DNA of 64,000 bases, from the NCBI RefSeq assembly GCF_037042905.1, contig NC_087245.1, positions 11,844,001-11,908,000 on the forward strand, written 5' to 3'. Source of the stretch: Lytechinus pictus. Taxonomy: Eukaryota. This document shows positions 61,352 to 64,000 of the stretch, piece after piece (within the stretch, counting starts at the first letter, position 1; each line of letters starts with the position of its first letter). The notes beneath the pieces were generated by a model. That model did not search any database and had not been told where the DNA came from. It saw only the letters and a program-made list of their open reading frames with translations. The position numbers were made by a program, and so were the translations under genes.

Positions 61352-63420
61352 GGCATTATCGTGATCCAAGTCCCCGGTGACTCGGATCCACGGACAATTT
61401 TTCACAACGTAAAACATGTCCTACCTGTCTCTACCAACCTCGTAGTTGTGTGTTACTTGTCTCTTTTCAGTCTCCACTTTATTGGCGTAATAAATCAAAA
61501 TTTGCATCATTCTCTATTGCTTTAGTTCGTAAACTATTACTTTTCATATAAATAAATCAGGATTATATTCATCTTTTTATGTTTCTTACAATATCAAATT
61601 TGCTTTATTTCGTCTACGTTTTTACTAAATAAATCAATAAGCCCTACCTATAGATATCCTCTTCAGTCTCAATTGCTTTATTTCGTTGATTCCTTATTTA
61701 CTAAATAAATCAGAATTGCATTTACTTCTTTTCAATCTATATTGCTTTATTCCGTAAACTAGTACTTTTCATACAAATAAATCAGGATTATATTCATCTT
61801 TTTTATGTTTCTCACAATATAAAATTTGCTTTATTTCGTCTACGTTTTTACTAAATAAATCAATAGACCCTAGATCCCTCTTCAGTCTCCATTGCTTTAT
61901 TTCGTTGATTCCTAATTTACTAAATAAATCAGGATTGCATCTACTTCTTTTTCAGTCCTTATAGCTTTATTTCGTCATACTTTTTATGCTAAATAAATCT
62001 CTTTTCATATATATGTTTCTTATGATTTTGCTTTATTTCGTCTATCACGTTTTTACTAAATAAATCAAATTGCATCTCCCTCTTAACAGTATCCATTGCT
62101 TTATTTCGTTAGGTAAAAAGAATGTCTGCATAATTACTCCTCGTGATCCAAGTCCCCCCTCTAAAATAAAAAGGCAATTCATGATTAACCCCGTTGGTAT
62201 TCATCTACCCCTCGATCATTTCTCTCCTCTTCAAAACCACTCTGCCACTTTTAGACAGTTTCCTAGAGATGATAAAGGAATATTTTCGATAATAAGAATC
62301 ATTAAAATCAATGAAAATCACATTAAAAACACTATTTAACTGTCTTATTACTCCTCGTGATCCGAGTCCCCTTCCCGTGTTAAGACTGTCCAATTTCTCA
62401 TAGGAGGGGACTTTGATAACGAGGAGTACTATTACTCGTGATCCAAGTCCCCTCTCCTAAAAATACAAAACGGCAATTAACCCGTTGATATTCATCTACC
62501 CCTCATTTCCCTCCTCTTCAAAACCACTCTGCCACTTTTAGACAGTTTCCTAGAGATGATAAATGAATATTTTCGATAATAAGAATCATTAAAATCAATG
62601 AAAATCACATTAAAAACACTATTTAACTGTCTTATTACTCCTCGTGATCCGAGTCCCCTTCCCGTGTTAAGACTGTCCAATTTCTCATAGGAGGGGACTT
62701 GGATAACGAGGAGTACTATTACTCGTGATCCAAGTCCCCTCTCCTAAAAATACAAAACGGCAATTAACCCGTTGATATTCATCTACCCCTCATTTCCCTC
62801 CTCTTCAAAACCACTCTGCCACTTTTAGACAGTTTCCTAGAGATGATAAATGAATATTTTCGATAATAAGAATCATTAAAATCAATGAAAATCACATTAA
62901 AAACACTATTTAACTGTCTTATTACTCCTCGTGATCCGAGTCCCCTTCCCGTGTTAAGACTGTCCAATTTCTCATAGGAGGGGACTTGGATAACGAGGAG
63001 TACTATTACTCGTTATCCGAGTCCCCTCCTATGGGAAATTGGCAGTCTCAACACGGGAAGGGGACTCGGATCACGAGGAGTAATTAGACAGTTAAATAGT
63101 GTTTTTAATGTGATTAATTTTGTTTTATTTAGTGTTTTTGATCATTGTTTCATCAACTTGGAAGAATATACAGCCACAGGAGAGAAAAGAAAAAGACTAT
63201 TATTGTCGTTTGAAAAAGTGTCCGAGTCATTTGTTATTGTGTCAATGGGAAAACGTGTGGTGGAAGGAAGTCCCCGTTCAGTGAGAAGCTTCGCACCGTT
63301 TCGCACCGCGAACAATAGATTTCTTTTGAAAATCTTCCAACCGTGGATTCCATTGAAAGTTTGCTGATATTTGAGGTGTGTCTCAAGTTTGTCCCCAGTG
63401 ACTTGGATGACGATAAGGCC
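61352..63420. mobile_element. GG...CC TIR element with 8-bp TSD (Merlin- or MULE-like) containing internal tandem arrays
   Basis: Left GGCATTATCGTGATCCAAGTCCCCGGTGAC vs reverse complement of right GGCCTTATCGTCATCCAAGTCACTGGGGAC. TSD ATATTAAG (61344-61351, 63421-63428). Contains ~60-bp degenerate repeats 61450-62110 and 287-bp repeats 62135-63020. Confidence 0.8.
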
Positions 63421-63785
63421 ATATTAAGAATAAAATGAATTAAATTATTAAACCCTTTTTTTAGTTGGGGCCTTATACTATAGTTTAACTATTTTAAAAT
63501 TAAGCTTGTGCCTTGTGGCACCCTACCTCGACTCCTCGAGCGAAGTTCGTGCAGGCTCCACTCCACTTCCATGAGTGACTTCACTACCGCTACACTACAC
63601 TCCACCTACCCGAACTTCGAGACGGTGAACCAGTTCGGATATATTGAGTCACAAAGGTGGGATGGAAATCATGTTTATCGTAAAAATTAAAGAAAAAAAA
63701 TATAACGAGAAAGATGAATAACTTAATAATAATATCTTACTCTACACCCGTATTTCACTCCGTTTCCATCCTCTGGTTATCCTCA

Positions 63786-63966
63786 AAATTGGTGATTTTG
63801 GGCCAGTATCTTTTTCCTCACACGTATTATTCACGGCCGATTTTAAGACATCGCATGCGATCGGTTTGGTTTGACCTGCGACCGATCGCGATCGCATGCG
63901 ATGTTTTGAAATTGGCCGTGAATAATACGTGTGAGGAAAAAGATACTGGCCCAAAATCACCAATTT
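63786..63966. mobile_element. Short palindromic MITE
   Basis: ~70-bp inverted arms AAATTGGTGATTTTGGGCCAGTATCTTTTTCCTCACACGTATTATTCACGGCC... Confidence 0.75.
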
Positions 63967-64000
63967 CTAGTTCTAAAGATCTCGTCCTAATATTCATGTA

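Noticed and set aside
62205..62967. Three near-identical 62-aa ORFs
   Set aside because: Artefact of the 287-bp tandem repeat; TTG starts and no domain features.
63500..63760. Possible minus-strand exons (MEVEWSLHELRSRSR with GAG|GTAGGG donor)
   Set aside because: No recognisable homology and no partner exons within the window.

Overview
Eukaryotic, AT-rich, repeat-dense animal genomic DNA. The repeat style (poly-G/C-tipped MITEs, Helentron-type interspersed elements) suggests an echinoderm such as a sea urchin, but that is inference. The one well-supported host gene is a complete 13-exon DNAJC7 (TPR + J-domain Hsp70/Hsp90 co-chaperone) on the minus strand, 54235->22400. All introns are GT-AG and all phases are consistent, giving 1527 nt / 508 aa. 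Intron 3 holds a near-intact antisense CR1-group (L2/Rex1-like) LINE, disabled only by one TAA and a nested 1133-bp TIR element with an 8-bp TSD. The rest is non-autonomous DNA transposons, most delimited by TIR + TSD: three long-TIR TAG...CTA elements with 3-bp TSDs (Academ-like), TTAA-flanked Kolobok/piggyBac-like MITEs, hAT-like and Harbinger-like MITEs, a HINE, a 3.1-kb Mutator-like foldback built from ~40 copies of an 18-bp palindrome, and a GG...CC element with internal 287-bp repeats. There are also two tandem duplications and a cell-cycle-type promoter with a putative spliced minus-strand transcript near the window start. No CRISPR, tRNA or rRNA was seen. The most unusual observations are a triplicated DNAJC7 stop-codon cassette, a 2345-bp duplication whose junction joins two hairpins, and the foldback element. 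I see no clearly demonstrated novel protein system.
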